From positions 2,816,001-2,880,000 of the forward strand of contig CATQHZ020000001.1 in NCBI GenBank assembly GCA_958296135.2: DNA of 64,000 bases. The letters run 5' to 3'. Shown here piece after piece: positions 10,046 to 21,022 of the stretch. Source of the stretch: an uncultured Poribacteria bacterium (GTDB taxonomy: Bacteria > Poribacteria > WGA-4E > WGA-3G). Below the pieces are notes generated by a model. That model was given only the letters and a program-made list of their open reading frames with translations, made no database searches and was not told the DNA's origin. Made by a program: the position numbers and the translations under genes. The number at the start of each line of letters is the position of its first letter. Position 1 is the stretch's first letter.

Positions 10046-10948
10046 CTATGCTTCTCCCTTTACACGATTGAGATATTTGACGTAGATGTTGCTCAGCGCG
10101 ACGATAATGACGAGCAGGAGATACGCCATCGCGCACGCTTTGCCGGTGTTATAGTTCCGAAACGCCAGCTTGTAGAGGTTCATCGAGACAGTCTCGGTGA
10201 CTGTGCCGGGGCCCCCTTCGCGCGTGAGGACATAAACGATGTCGAACATTTTGAACGCATCCATCGTGCGGAACAAAAGCGCGATGAGCAAGAGCGGCGA
10301 CACCAACGGCAGCGTAATCCATCGGAACTTGAACCACGCGGAGGCTCTGTCCACATCGGCGGCTTCATAGAGAGATTTCGGCACCGCGCTTAATCCTGCC
10401 AGCGCGATGAGCATCATAAACGGGGACCACATCCACGTATCAACGATGACGACTGCCAGCATGGCTACCTTAGGGTTCGTCGTCCAGCCGATAGGCGATT
10501 TCAGAAAGGGACTCAGGAAAAAGTTAAGCAATCCCGCGTTATCGGAGGAGAGGATGAATCGCCAAAAAAGTCCCACGACGACAGGCGACAGCATCATCGG
10601 CAGCAGGAGTAGCGTCGTAATGAAGCCTTTATACCGGAAATCGCGATTGAGCAGCAGGGCGAGCCCAAACCCGATTAGGAATTGCGCAGCGACAGCTAAG
10701 ACGACGAAATAGGCGGTGGTTTGGAAGTAACCCCATATCTCGGGGTCTGCAAGAAGACGCGTGTAGTTACGCGTGCCGATAAACTTCGCCGCCGTCGGCA
10801 TCGAGGCTTTATAGCGATGGAAACTTAAATAGAGGGACCACAGCAACGGGAAAATGTTCATCAAGATAAGCAAAACCATCGTCGGCATGATGAATGCCAT
10901 CTTGAGTTGGTAGTCGCTCATTCCACGCGAAAAACGGTTTGTTTGCAT
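10046..10948 (-). CDS. Carbohydrate ABC transporter permease (MalF-like)
   Basis: LYEAADVDRAS EAA motif, TM helices, GGPGTVTET. Confidence 0.9.
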   Translation of the reverse strand: MQTNRFSRGMSDYQLKMAFIMPTMVLLILMNIFPLLWSLYLSFHRYKASMPTAAKFIGTRNYTRLLADPEIWGYFQTTAYFVVLAVAAQFLIGFGLALLLNRDFRYKGFITTLLLLPMMLSPVVVGLFWRFILSSDNAGLLNFFLSPFLKSPIGWTTNPKVAMLAVVIVDTWMWSPFMMLIALAGLSAVPKSLYEAADVDRASAWFKFRWITLPLVSPLLLIALLFRTMDAFKMFDIVYVLTREGGPGTVTETVSMNLYKLAFRNYNTGKACAMAYLLLVIIVALSNIYVKYLNRVKGEA

Positions 10949-11123
10949 ATATTTTTCATAAGAACGCGGGTTTTGAGACCGGCATTGCACGGCAAGGGAC
11001 AGTGGACATCTCTGCAGCGAAGCGGCAGAGATGACAAAGTTTCGGTGTGACGGCCCTCGCCCTACGGGATGAGGAGCGTTCTCAATAGGGCGAAGGACAG
11101 GCCCTCGCCCTAAAAAGAGTTAC

Positions 11124-12443
11124 TTACTCATCGTAGTAGCCGGCATCCTCGAAGATTTCCTCGTGCTTGCGGGCGATAGCATCGAGTGCCTCCTTCGCGG
11201 ACTTGATTTTGGAGATAGCCGCACTCCAATTCGTCTGGCATACTTCTAACAGCTCCGCATATTCCGGCACCGCCCAGAAATCGCGAAGATACGGGAAACT
11301 CGCAGCGAACGCCTCGTTAAAGGGTGTCGCCTGCTTGAACGCGTCCGATTGCAACACCTCTTTATACGGTGTGAAACCACCGAGCTGCGCCCACTTCTCC
11401 TGAACCGGCTTCTGCATGAACCACTTCATATACTGCTTCGCGACATCCTGATTTTTGGAATACGCGGAAATGGACATGCCTTGCCCACCGATGCTGATAT
11501 AGTGCCCCTTCGGACCGGCAGGTGCGATGAAGAAGCCGCTCTTGTCGTGGGAGATCGGATTCGTATCCGCGTTGACTACACCGGGGAAGAAGGCGAAATA
11601 GTTCATCGCCATCGCAACCTTTCCGGAAGTATAGGCATTCAGCGTCTCCAACCAATAATAGTTGGGGCCGTCCGGCGGCGCGAATTGAAGCAAATCCGTG
11701 TAAAATTCAAGTGCCTTAACAGCATCTTCGGTGTTGAGGTGCCCCGCCACTTTATAACTCTCTGCATCGCCGTATGCGCCGCCGAAACTCCACATCACCT
11801 GTTGGAAGCCCATGGTGATGCCATCGTATTCCTTGCTATACCACGTCGCGATACCGTAGAGGTCCTTCTCCGGGCGCGTGAAAAATTCGGCGATGTCGCG
11901 GAGCTGCGCATAGGTTTTGGGCGGTGCCAGCGCGTAGCCGTATTTCGCTTGGAACATCTCCATCTCACCCGGGTCTTCAAAAAGGTCTTTCCGGTAGACA
12001 TAACCGGCGGCATCCACTTCCGCGGGCAGTGCCCAATACTTTCCGGTGCCTTTCGGATATTCCGCGAACGCTGTCATCGCCGGTCCGTAGATAGCGTCAA
12101 CGTCAATATTAGCGTTAATCCATTCGGTAAGAGGAATGTAGTGTCCACCGACAGAATTTCTCCCAAGCCACTGGCTATCGCCGATGACGATGTCGTAAAG
12201 GTCGCTCTTCCCGACAAAGGCGGTGAATACCTTATCTTGAAAATTCGACCAAGGTATCTGGACGACATCAACAGGAATCCCCGTTTCGGCAGTAAAGTCC
12301 TTGGAGAGTTCCGCTAGATAATTTGCAGGATCCCATTCTGCCCAGACGATGGTGAGGGATTGCTGCGCGTTCGCGGGTATGCTGACGAATACCAACGCAA
12401 CGATTAGCACGAATACCAGACTGATCTGAACGTTTTTCATCAT
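11124..12443 (-). CDS. Sugar ABC transporter substrate-binding protein
   Basis: Signal peptide, YRKDLF, GKVAM, GGQGMSI; AAGGAG RBS. Confidence 0.9.
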   Translation of the reverse strand: MMKNVQISLVFVLIVALVFVSIPANAQQSLTIVWAEWDPANYLAELSKDFTAETGIPVDVVQIPWSNFQDKVFTAFVGKSDLYDIVIGDSQWLGRNSVGGHYIPLTEWINANIDVDAIYGPAMTAFAEYPKGTGKYWALPAEVDAAGYVYRKDLFEDPGEMEMFQAKYGYALAPPKTYAQLRDIAEFFTRPEKDLYGIATWYSKEYDGITMGFQQVMWSFGGAYGDAESYKVAGHLNTEDAVKALEFYTDLLQFAPPDGPNYYWLETLNAYTSGKVAMAMNYFAFFPGVVNADTNPISHDKSGFFIAPAGPKGHYISIGGQGMSISAYSKNQDVAKQYMKWFMQKPVQEKWAQLGGFTPYKEVLQSDAFKQATPFNEAFAASFPYLRDFWAVPEYAELLEVCQTNWSAAISKIKSAKEALDAIARKHEEIFEDAGYYDE

Positions 12444-12821
12444 GTTATGCTCCTTTGTGTGCATTGATTGCGAGGCGCGGGGCCTCGTTAACATTTGTGT
12501 CGCGGCTAGCGTTTGCACGCCACTGAAGGAAGCACGCGATTTTTAAACATTATAGCAAATCACAAAAATTTTGCAAGAAAATTTTAGGCGTGAAGAGAAA
12601 AGTCAGAAATGTGGGTAGGCGCGCTTGTATGAAGATGAATGGAAACGGGCGGATAGAGACATCCGCAGCTGTCCCGCAGTTCCGTAGGACGAGGGGAACC
12701 TGTCCCTCGCCATGCAACGAAACTCGCGGGGGAAACCCTCGGCAGTTAGTGACTGCCGGGCCCCCGCGCTACGTTCCAAGGCGGGTTATCGCGCCCACGG
12801 GGTGGGTTCAGCACAAGAGCG

Positions 12822-14207
12822 TTAATTGGCTCGTTTCAGCGAGATGCCGCCGCCCAAACCGCGAAGTTTCAAAAGCGGCCCGCCGCCGTTAATCGTCCCC
12901 TGCAACTGGCCCGGTTTAACAGGCCCCGTCACCTCCGAGACGACCGGAAATTCTGTCTTCACTGCGCCGCCGAGCCCTTTGGCATCGACGTTCACCGCAA
13001 CATCGGGGATGAGGATAATCTCAATGCTGCCGCCAGCTGTCTCCAAAACACACTCGTCCTGAATCTGTCCGCGGAGATGCGCGCGGATGCTGCCGCCAGC
13101 GGCTTTCGCGTTGACAGCACCGTCAGTCTCCAAATCCACACTCCCGCCGGCAGTTTTTACATCTGCGCCGCCGGTGCACTCGCTCAGTAAGAGATTACCG
13201 CCGGTGGTTCGCCCGGTGATACCCCCAATGACTTCGGTGAAGTGGAGATTGCCGCCGGTCGTTTTCGCGTTCACATCGCCGGTGCCGGTTTGCACCTCAA
13301 TACTGCCACCGGACGTTCGGAGCGCCGCGTCGCCTTCAAAACTCTGTAAGGCGATGCTGCCACCAGCGGCGCGTCCGTCCATTTTGCCGGTGATGTTCTC
13401 AAGCCGAAGTTCACCGCCAGCCGTTCGCGCGTTCACGTCACCCGCGAGATTCTCAACGGAGATGTCATCTCCTACTGTCTTCAAATCGACGTTATAGCGA
13501 CGCGGCACAATGATGTCGAACTGCACATCCAATCGGCTGCGCGCTTTATCCAATACTTTCTTCGGGCCTTTGAACACCGCAGCGATTTTTACATCGGACG
13601 CATCGTGTGTGACGGTGACATCGAAAACTTTGAGGAGTTCACCGGCGCGCCGGTCTGCCTTCAGCTGCGCCGAACGATGCACCCGCAACGCCAGTGTGTC
13701 ACTCTCCGCTGTCTGAACGTCAATCGCACCAAGAGCGGTATCAACCGTGAGACATCCACCGGGCGCGACCGGAAACGCCTCCTCTATGTCCTCTAAAGTG
13801 CTCTCAGTTAAGAAATCGGGGACAGACTTGCGAATCAAATCGCCGATCTTCTCTTCAGCCTCGCTCAGTTCTTCCTGAACGTTCTCCAAGAACCGTTTTC
13901 CAAAAAAGCCGGTTACCCACCCTTTGAAATCGGAGGTGGTGACTAATTCCTCGTTGAGATAAGCGGCGAGTTGATGGCACGCGATGCCTATCTCGCCAAA
14001 AGATGCTTGCGCTCCGAGTGCCTCGAAGAGCCCTTCCGGCACGGCATCAATGTCGCGCAGGCGGGCCAGCACGTTATTAAATTGGGCAATGCATCGGGGT
14101 TCACCAGCTTTGAAAGCGTCCGTATGCACTGCGTCCTCTGCGAGTTTCGCGGTATGTTCCAAGAGATGGAATAGCCCGCGGAGCTCCCTTTGCGTCTGTT
14201 GTTCCAT
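12822..14207 (-). CDS. DUF4097 (putative adhesin) beta-strand repeat protein
   Basis: Repeated TxGGxI/L motifs; C-terminal GTINGGGPLLKL. Confidence 0.8.
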   Translation of the reverse strand: MEQQTQRELRGLFHLLEHTAKLAEDAVHTDAFKAGEPRCIAQFNNVLARLRDIDAVPEGLFEALGAQASFGEIGIACHQLAAYLNEELVTTSDFKGWVTGFFGKRFLENVQEELSEAEEKIGDLIRKSVPDFLTESTLEDIEEAFPVAPGGCLTVDTALGAIDVQTAESDTLALRVHRSAQLKADRRAGELLKVFDVTVTHDASDVKIAAVFKGPKKVLDKARSRLDVQFDIIVPRRYNVDLKTVGDDISVENLAGDVNARTAGGELRLENITGKMDGRAAGGSIALQSFEGDAALRTSGGSIEVQTGTGDVNAKTTGGNLHFTEVIGGITGRTTGGNLLLSECTGGADVKTAGGSVDLETDGAVNAKAAGGSIRAHLRGQIQDECVLETAGGSIEIILIPDVAVNVDAKGLGGAVKTEFPVVSEVTGPVKPGQLQGTINGGGPLLKLRGLGGGISLKRAN

Positions 14208-14339
14208 AATATACACCTCTATAAACCTGTGTCGGGCCTTATGCAGCGCCCAGTCCCGAACTGCCAGCATCGGGACCAGGAGGTCCCTCCTACTGAAAGA
14301 GGAGATCCGAGCGCGATTGCAAACCGCGCCTCCCGCAAA

Positions 14340-14924
14340 TCAATCATCGTCACCGTAGCCGTGCTTCTCCAAAAGCGTTTTGAGCAATGCCTTCGCTCTG
14401 TGCAGCCGCCACTTCACCGTCGTCAACGGGACCGATAGGAACTCCGCCATCCGTTTCTGCGGCATTTCTGCCCAGTAATACAGTTGGATAACCTCCTGAA
14501 ACTCGGTGGGCAGCTCCATAATTGCGTCCCTCACATCCTGCCGCGCCTGTTTCCGTTCAAAAATAGTGGCCGGGTCTGCATCACTCGGGTCTGCTGCCCT
14601 ATTGACATAAGGTTCCATATCCTCCTGCGGTGCGTAGCGGCTGGTGTTTTTGTAATGCCGCACTGCGCGGTTCCGGGTAATCGAATGAAGCCACGCGCCA
14701 AATCGGTTCAGATCATCCAGCTGCGGCAGTGCCTCAAATGCAAGCAACAGTGCATCTTGGACAACATCTTCCGCATCGGTAGGGTTGCGGACAATCTGTT
14801 GCGCTACCGTCAGCATGGCGCGCCGATAGCGCAACACCAGCACATCAAACGCTTCCGTATTCCCTGCGAGTGCAGCGACGATTAACTCAGCATCGCTTGC
14901 GTCGGTTAATTCTTCCGAATGCAT
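14340..14924 (-). CDS. ECF sigma-70 factor
   Basis: AEDVVQDALL, FGAWL, region 4 TVKWRLHRAK. Confidence 0.9.
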   Translation of the reverse strand: MHSEELTDASDAELIVAALAGNTEAFDVLVLRYRRAMLTVAQQIVRNPTDAEDVVQDALLLAFEALPQLDDLNRFGAWLHSITRNRAVRHYKNTSRYAPQEDMEPYVNRAADPSDADPATIFERKQARQDVRDAIMELPTEFQEVIQLYYWAEMPQKRMAEFLSVPLTTVKWRLHRAKALLKTLLEKHGYGDDD

Positions 14925-15161
14925 GAAAATTCCCCTTCCAGACCACTTCGTTACACGTCGTAGGAGAGCCCTCCACGTCCCGATTTTCTCGGGTATCGGG
15001 ACCGGGAGGTGCCTCCTACCGGAAGAGGCAATGAAATGGTCTTGCGCCTTTCTTGCATATTAGAGACAACTCACGCAAAAAGGATAGTAGAAATCGTCTG
15101 ATAAATCGTAAGGGCGGATGTCCATATCCGCCCGACACCCACTTTAACAGCCCCCACCCGA

Positions 15162-15632
15162 TTAACTCGGTTTATAGAATGTAACGAGACAGCCCCCAAT
15201 CGCTGCGAGCAAAATACCGGCAACAAATTGCCAGCGCACCGCGCCCCAGCCCCCCGCCGGTGGATGCGACAGCGTCGCGACAACAGCGTTCACAATTGGC
15301 GCGCACGCGAAGATAATAGACATCACCACGGCCGGTCTGCCGCCTAGTCCGAAGGTGAGCAGCACACTAAACGCGCCGATAGCACCCACAAGCCCAGCGA
15401 GGAAAGACCAGGATACCCCTTTTCCGGTGAAATTCCACGCCGCGCCGTTCAAGAGGAGCATTACTGCTGGACCGATGACAGCTACCAGGAAATAGGCGAG
15501 TCCGACAAACAAAAACGCCTTGAAACGTCCATTGACAGCATCACCCATCGAGAGCTGCCCTTTGTGAAGAAAAAATCCATAAAGTCCCCATGATATCCCA
15601 GTCAGGAAGACAAAAATCATCCATTTTGCCAT
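15162..15632 (-). CDS. Small membrane protein (EamA/DMT-like)
   Basis: Five hydrophobic helices, SWGLYG, APIVN. Confidence 0.6.
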   Translation of the reverse strand: MAKWMIFVFLTGISWGLYGFFLHKGQLSMGDAVNGRFKAFLFVGLAYFLVAVIGPAVMLLLNGAAWNFTGKGVSWSFLAGLVGAIGAFSVLLTFGLGGRPAVVMSIIFACAPIVNAVVATLSHPPAGGWGAVRWQFVAGILLAAIGGCLVTFYKPS

Positions 15633-15748
15633 AATTTGTTTTCCTATAGCCATGAACTCCGCTGGAGTTCTTAGTGGAGCAGGACAAACGCAACCCCATC
15701 CCCGTAGGCGCGCTTTGAAAGCGCGCCTACCAACGTGCGCAAGTCCCT

Positions 15749-17038
15749 TCAAAGATACTTTTGAAATACCCCCAAAAGCTGCTGCGCAACCGCTGCATCG
15801 TTAAACTTCAGATGCACGTTGGATTGTCCGGTGCTTCCGAGGTGCCCCCGCCGCGCTGCATCGTTGTAAAGTGCTAGTATACCCGTTGCCACGGCCTCCG
15901 CCGATTCGGGTGCAACGAGGATGCCGCCCCCGGTCGCCCTAATTATCTCAGGGAACGCGCCGTGCTGAGGTTGAACAACCGGCACGCCATTCGCGAGTGC
16001 CTCCAAAATGGACAAGCCTTTGGATTCCCGGTAAACTGTCGGCACCGAGAAAACGTGCAGGCGGTTGAGGAAGTCAATCTTTTGGGAGCGTGTTACTTCG
16101 CCGTAATGCACAAAACTATCCGCTAATCCCCAGGCCTGAATTTGGTTCACCAACTCCTCAAGATAGGGTTTATCTTTCTTTCCCAAATAGCCAGCGACAT
16201 GGAGGTGGATATTCTCTGCACCCAACTCCTGCGTCAGCGCGTAAAACGCGTCTACCAAGAGATGTAACCCCTTTTCTGGGCAGATGCGCGCCAAATAGCC
16301 GATGCTGAACGGCGGTGGTTCCGGTTTGCTAACCGACGCGCCGTGCCCATCAAGGTTTAACCCGAGCGGCACCACGTCAATTTTGTCCACCGGCACCTTG
16401 AGATAGGCATCTGCCATGAAGCGCGCGTAGTATCGGCACGGCGCGACAAATCCAGCTGCATCTGCCGCGCGTTCGGCGAGGAGAGTTAACGCCTCGTTCT
16501 TGTAAGGCTCAACCAGGTCTTGCAGGAAAATGTCTTCGCCTTGGAGCGCGCAAACGACTGGTACCCCCAGCGCGTTTTTAATTTCCCGCGCGAAGCCGAC
16601 AAGCATAGAGTTCGTCAGATAGACGATATCTGGACGGTTGTCTGTCTTGAGCCATCGTACTAACTTCGCCAATTCCTTTTTTTGATGTCCCTGCTCCGCG
16701 CTGAGCATAGAGACGGTGAGTTGGCCAAGGTCGCGTGCATCAGTTGAACCGCTGAGACGAGCCAATCCGTTCAACAGTGTTGGGCTATCTAACAGCCTGT
16801 CTACCGCCCACGGCGTGTGCCGAAAAAGCGAGAGTTTCTGTTGAAGATAGACGTTGATACCGCCGAAAAAGACGCGGTTGAGACTGACATTCGCCTCATC
16901 GGTGCGAGTCGGCGTGTATGTCGGAATCAAGGTGACGTTATGCCCCTGCTTCTTCAGCACTGTTGCGACGGTGTTGTCATGGATGCAGGTGCCGCAATAC
17001 ATCCCTGCAGCCCCCGCGGTGATATAAGCAACTTTCAT
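15749..17038 (-). CDS. Glycosyltransferase family 4
   Basis: RICPEKG, ESKGLSILEALANGVPVV. Confidence 0.9.
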   Translation of the reverse strand: MKVAYITAGAAGMYCGTCIHDNTVATVLKKQGHNVTLIPTYTPTRTDEANVSLNRVFFGGINVYLQQKLSLFRHTPWAVDRLLDSPTLLNGLARLSGSTDARDLGQLTVSMLSAEQGHQKKELAKLVRWLKTDNRPDIVYLTNSMLVGFAREIKNALGVPVVCALQGEDIFLQDLVEPYKNEALTLLAERAADAAGFVAPCRYYARFMADAYLKVPVDKIDVVPLGLNLDGHGASVSKPEPPPFSIGYLARICPEKGLHLLVDAFYALTQELGAENIHLHVAGYLGKKDKPYLEELVNQIQAWGLADSFVHYGEVTRSQKIDFLNRLHVFSVPTVYRESKGLSILEALANGVPVVQPQHGAFPEIIRATGGGILVAPESAEAVATGILALYNDAARRGHLGSTGQSNVHLKFNDAAVAQQLLGVFQKYL

Positions 17039-17092
17039 GTTTTCTGCCTATCGGACAGAGCAATCCTATTCGGTCCGGAATGTGCATAACGC

Positions 17093-18541
17093 CTATCTCG
17101 TGAAAAACCGCTCAACCGTTGCTGCACTCGGCGGTTTGGTGAGCAAAGAGACGCCTATCAAGGCTACCGAAGAGACAATGAGCAAGATTGCAACAGGCAT
17201 AATCCCCGTGCCGCCGACGGTATATCCCGGTGTTTGCCAATTGCGGAGAAAGAAATAGAGCCATAGCACGATGACACTCGCGCACGCGGCGAACACGCCG
17301 TGCTGCGTGCTGCGTTTCCAAAACAGCGCGGCAACCACAATCGGAAACAACCCCGAAAATCCGGTGAAGGACCAGATTGCGAGTTTAAAAATGCTCGGCG
17401 TAGCAATCAGTGAAATCAGATAGGTAACGCAAAGTACGCCGCTGACAAAGAGCCGTCCTATTCGTACGTGCTGTTTTTCGGACATCTCCTTTTTGCTGTA
17501 ATGGTGGACAATATCGTGCGTGAACATGCTTCCGATGGCAAGCGATTGCGAATCTAGCGAAGACATGAGTGCTGCGAAAACTCCCGCGCCGAGAAATCCA
17601 GCAAGGATACCGGGCGCATGGATATGAATCATCTGAATCAGCACGGTGTTCGCCTGCGCGCCCTTCAACCCCGGCACATCCACATTGCCCAATATGCCGA
17701 GCAGCACACTCGGTATCCACACAATCGCGATGCAGAGCGGGTACAGAATTACCGGGTAGCGGAACGCACCGGCATCTTTCGCCGTTAAGCAATGCGTGAA
17801 AATATGGGGAAACATGCCGACAGAGAGCGGAATGCAGGTGTATGTCAACAACTCCAACGGCTTAATATGTCCCTCTTGCATGAGCAGTCCTGTATCCACT
17901 TTGGCAAGCGCAGTGGACAGGCCACCCATCCGGTGCATAATCACGAAAAAGGTGATACCGCCCAGCGTCATGAAGACGAGCGTTTGGAACGTGTTCACCC
18001 ATGCCGTGCCGCGCATGCCGCCGTAAGTAACATACCCGAGGACGACAGCACAGATTAGCAGGCCGCCGAGCCACTGCGGAATTGTGCCATCGGTAATCGT
18101 TGCCAATGTCCCGCCGCCGCCCATCACGCCGATAAGCAGATACGGAATAATCAGCAGCACCAACACGATGAAGAGGAGGAGCCCCAATCCATCGGATTCC
18201 CAGCGGGCGCGGAAGTATTGAACTTGCGTGAGATACCCGAATCGCTTCCCAACGTGCCACAGGCGCGTGCCGATAAAGTGAAACACGCACGGCACGACGA
18301 GCGCGGACGAAGATGCCATCAGCGCGAACACACCGATGCCGCGGTGATATGCCTCGCCGGATGCACCGAGGATCGAAAACGCTGTCATGTGCGTGCCGAA
18401 AAGCGACATTAACAAGACAAACCAATTAATCGTCCGGCTCGCCACGAAGTAGTCTTCGCCGGTGTTTCGGAAGAGTCGATGACTCAGGATACCGAGGCCC
18501 AGCACCAATACGAGGTAGATAAAGATGATTGCAAGGCTCAT
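17093..18541 (-). CDS. Sodium:solute symporter
   Basis: DYFVASR, GGMRGTAW, AALMSSLDS. Confidence 0.9.
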   Translation of the reverse strand: MSLAIIFIYLVLVLGLGILSHRLFRNTGEDYFVASRTINWFVLLMSLFGTHMTAFSILGASGEAYHRGIGVFALMASSSALVVPCVFHFIGTRLWHVGKRFGYLTQVQYFRARWESDGLGLLLFIVLVLLIIPYLLIGVMGGGGTLATITDGTIPQWLGGLLICAVVLGYVTYGGMRGTAWVNTFQTLVFMTLGGITFFVIMHRMGGLSTALAKVDTGLLMQEGHIKPLELLTYTCIPLSVGMFPHIFTHCLTAKDAGAFRYPVILYPLCIAIVWIPSVLLGILGNVDVPGLKGAQANTVLIQMIHIHAPGILAGFLGAGVFAALMSSLDSQSLAIGSMFTHDIVHHYSKKEMSEKQHVRIGRLFVSGVLCVTYLISLIATPSIFKLAIWSFTGFSGLFPIVVAALFWKRSTQHGVFAACASVIVLWLYFFLRNWQTPGYTVGGTGIMPVAILLIVSSVALIGVSLLTKPPSAATVERFFTR

Positions 18542-18583
18542 TTCTCCTCCCGATTGCTCGCGGATGAGGGAGACGCGGAAGTC

Positions 18584-18772
18584 CTATCTCATACCTGTCT
18601 TAACAAAGGCCGCCATCAGAAGCATCGCGGCGAAGCATAACCCGATGTGATATACCAACCCCACCGGCAACCCGAAAACGAATTGCGGCGTTTCCCAGAA
18701 CCAGAAATCGTTGTGCAGCAAAAATAGCAACCCGACGCAGCCATAGAGAGCCCATCTCATCGCGTTTTTCAT
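18584..18772 (-). CDS. DUF3311-like small membrane partner of the SSS transporter
   Basis: HNDFWFW...FGLPVG motif upstream of the SSS gene. Confidence 0.75.
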   Translation of the reverse strand: MKNAMRWALYGCVGLLFLLHNDFWFWETPQFVFGLPVGLVYHIGLCFAAMLLMAAFVKTGMR

Positions 18773-18879
18773 CGTTTCTCCCCCATTCAGAGCCATTTAG
18801 TTTCCGATTCGACACCGCTTCCGGTAGGCGCGGCCTCCCACTCGTGATGCCATGCGTTATCGGGACAGGGAGGTTCCGC

Positions 18880-20841
18880 CTACCGGGAACTCAATGATTC
18901 TGCCGCCACTTTAATCCTATTATACCAAAAAACGGCAATACTTGCAAGCAGTGCCATTCCATGAATCCACAACAGTCGCGTGTCAGTAGGCACAAAAAAG
19001 AACAGCACGACAGCGGTGAACAAGATGCCGCGTTCCCACAACGACAGCGCCTTGAAGGCGTATCCCGCTACACTCGCCGCAAAAATAACGGTGCCAACTA
19101 ACGTCAAACAGAGGTTCGCGAGAACCGGCCACAATGCGGCGTTGCCGCCAGCTGCGCTGAGCCATAGCAACTCCGGACGCAACACGAACGCATACGGCAG
19201 CGCAAACCCGACAAGCGCGAACCTGAACGCGGCGAACGCTGTCGGCATTATCCCAGAGCCTGCGATGGCAGACGCGGTATACGCCGCTAATGCCACAGGC
19301 GGCGTTACCATCGACATCATCCCGAAATAGAAGATGAAAAAGTGCGCCGCCAACGGGACTACGCCTAAGTCAAGTAGCACCGGCCCTACCAGAATCGCCA
19401 TCAGCAGATAGCAGACAGAAGAGGGTAATCCCATCCCCAAAATAATTGTCGAAATCATGAGAAGCAGGAGAGCTAAGATTAAGTTCGTCGATGCAAGCGG
19501 CAACAGTGCCGATGGCAGTTTCCCGCCGACTCCCGTCAGTGTGACAACACCGAGGATAATGCCGACGCATGCGGCGGCGGCAATTAACGAAACGCCGCTA
19601 TGCGCCGCGTTCTCCATCGCCTTTAAAATCCCAGAAATGCCGATGCGAGTTTCAGGACGAAAGAGACTGACACCGACAATAACGAGCAGACTCCAACTCA
19701 CCGCGCGAAACGGCGTGGCACCCATCAGCAGAAACCCGATGAGTGTCAGAAACGCCGTGAAAAATACAACCCCTTGCATCCCAGTAGGCGTGCCCTCTCG
19801 GGCGCGATGTTCCTCAGTAGGCGCGCCCTCCCGGGCGCGATGCTGCCTCGCACTCCCAATTCGCTTCGCATAAAAATGCACGATGCACAGCAACGCCGTA
19901 TAATAGAGGACTGCAGGCAACAATGCCGCCTTGATGATTTCCAAATAGGTGACAGACGGTTCAACGATTTCCAACATCATATACGCGCCCGCGCCCATAA
20001 TCGGCGGCACTAGCGCGCCGCCAGAACTCGCCGCTGCCTCAATCCCGCCGGCTATCGCAGGTTTGAACCCCGCGCGTTGCATTAAGGGGATGGTAAAAGT
20101 GCCGGTTGTCGCCGTGTTCGCAACAGCAGAGCCGGAGAGCGAACCCATCATCCCGCTGCTCAGCACGGCGACTTTCGCCGGACCGCCTGCACTCGTGCCG
20201 AAAATTCTTCTGGCAAGTTCAAGGATGTAGCGCGTCGCGCCGGTGCGTTCCAGCAGTGCCCCAAACAGCACGAAGAGAAAGACATAGGTGAACATGACGC
20301 GGAGCGCGATGCCGAAGGTGCCTTGACTGTGAAGGAACGTCTGACTCACGATGCGTTCAAGGGTATATCCCCGATGCGGGAAAAGCCACGCCGGCATCAA
20401 CTGTCCAAACGCGGCGTAAAGTAGAAAGAGTGAGGCGAGAAACATGAGCGTCACACCGACTGTTCGGCGCGTTGCTTCTAAAATAAGCATGAGCCCAAGC
20501 GCACCGACAACGTAATCCACGACACGTTCGGCTCCCGCCCGGTCACCGAGGGATTTTCCATCAAGCCAGAGTGCTTCAAAAAGCGGCTCCGTCTGGACAA
20601 TGACATAGCCGAAGCAGAGGAGGACACCCCCTGCTAATATCACGTCTAGTACCTGACACGCGAGATTGTCCGCCACGCGCGGATGGACAGGATATTTGAG
20701 GAATACCAAAATGAGGCCCAGCATGGCGAAGAGTGCCAATTGGGAGTGCGGCGCGAGCCGCGGATAATTTACCTCTGCTAAGATAAAGAGGCACAGCAGG
20801 ACTGCGAATGAAAAAAAGAGGGACTTTTTGAATCTTTTCAA
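18880..20841 (-). CDS. TRAP transporter fused 4TM/12TM permease
   Basis: GGPAKVAV, GTFTIPLM, PPIMGAGA, TPPVALAAY; contains in-frame REP insert HRAREGAPT x2. Confidence 0.9.
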   Translation of the reverse strand: MKRFKKSLFFSFAVLLCLFILAEVNYPRLAPHSQLALFAMLGLILVFLKYPVHPRVADNLACQVLDVILAGGVLLCFGYVIVQTEPLFEALWLDGKSLGDRAGAERVVDYVVGALGLMLILEATRRTVGVTLMFLASLFLLYAAFGQLMPAWLFPHRGYTLERIVSQTFLHSQGTFGIALRVMFTYVFLFVLFGALLERTGATRYILELARRIFGTSAGGPAKVAVLSSGMMGSLSGSAVANTATTGTFTIPLMQRAGFKPAIAGGIEAAASSGGALVPPIMGAGAYMMLEIVEPSVTYLEIIKAALLPAVLYYTALLCIVHFYAKRIGSARQHRAREGAPTEEHRAREGTPTGMQGVVFFTAFLTLIGFLLMGATPFRAVSWSLLVIVGVSLFRPETRIGISGILKAMENAAHSGVSLIAAAACVGIILGVVTLTGVGGKLPSALLPLASTNLILALLLLMISTIILGMGLPSSVCYLLMAILVGPVLLDLGVVPLAAHFFIFYFGMMSMVTPPVALAAYTASAIAGSGIMPTAFAAFRFALVGFALPYAFVLRPELLWLSAAGGNAALWPVLANLCLTLVGTVIFAASVAGYAFKALSLWERGILFTAVVLFFFVPTDTRLLWIHGMALLASIAVFWYNRIKVAAESLSSR

Positions 20842-21022
20842 TTTCGTTAACTATAGGCCGGACGCAGCTTCAACCCCGTAGGCGCGCTCGGGAAGCGCGC
20901 AACCTGGCCCGGGCGCGGTTGAAAACCGCGCCCACGGTAGTCACCATGCTTTCGCGATGCAACGCAGTGTTTCTTTCCTGTCGGCGTAATGGTGGAAAAT
21001 GATGGCAGTTGCAGCCTTTCTA

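Noticed and set aside
11349-12317. Long antisense ORFs (also 43701-44873, 34031-34924, 21746-22480)
   Set aside because: Shadow frames of well-supported genes on the opposite strand in GC-rich DNA
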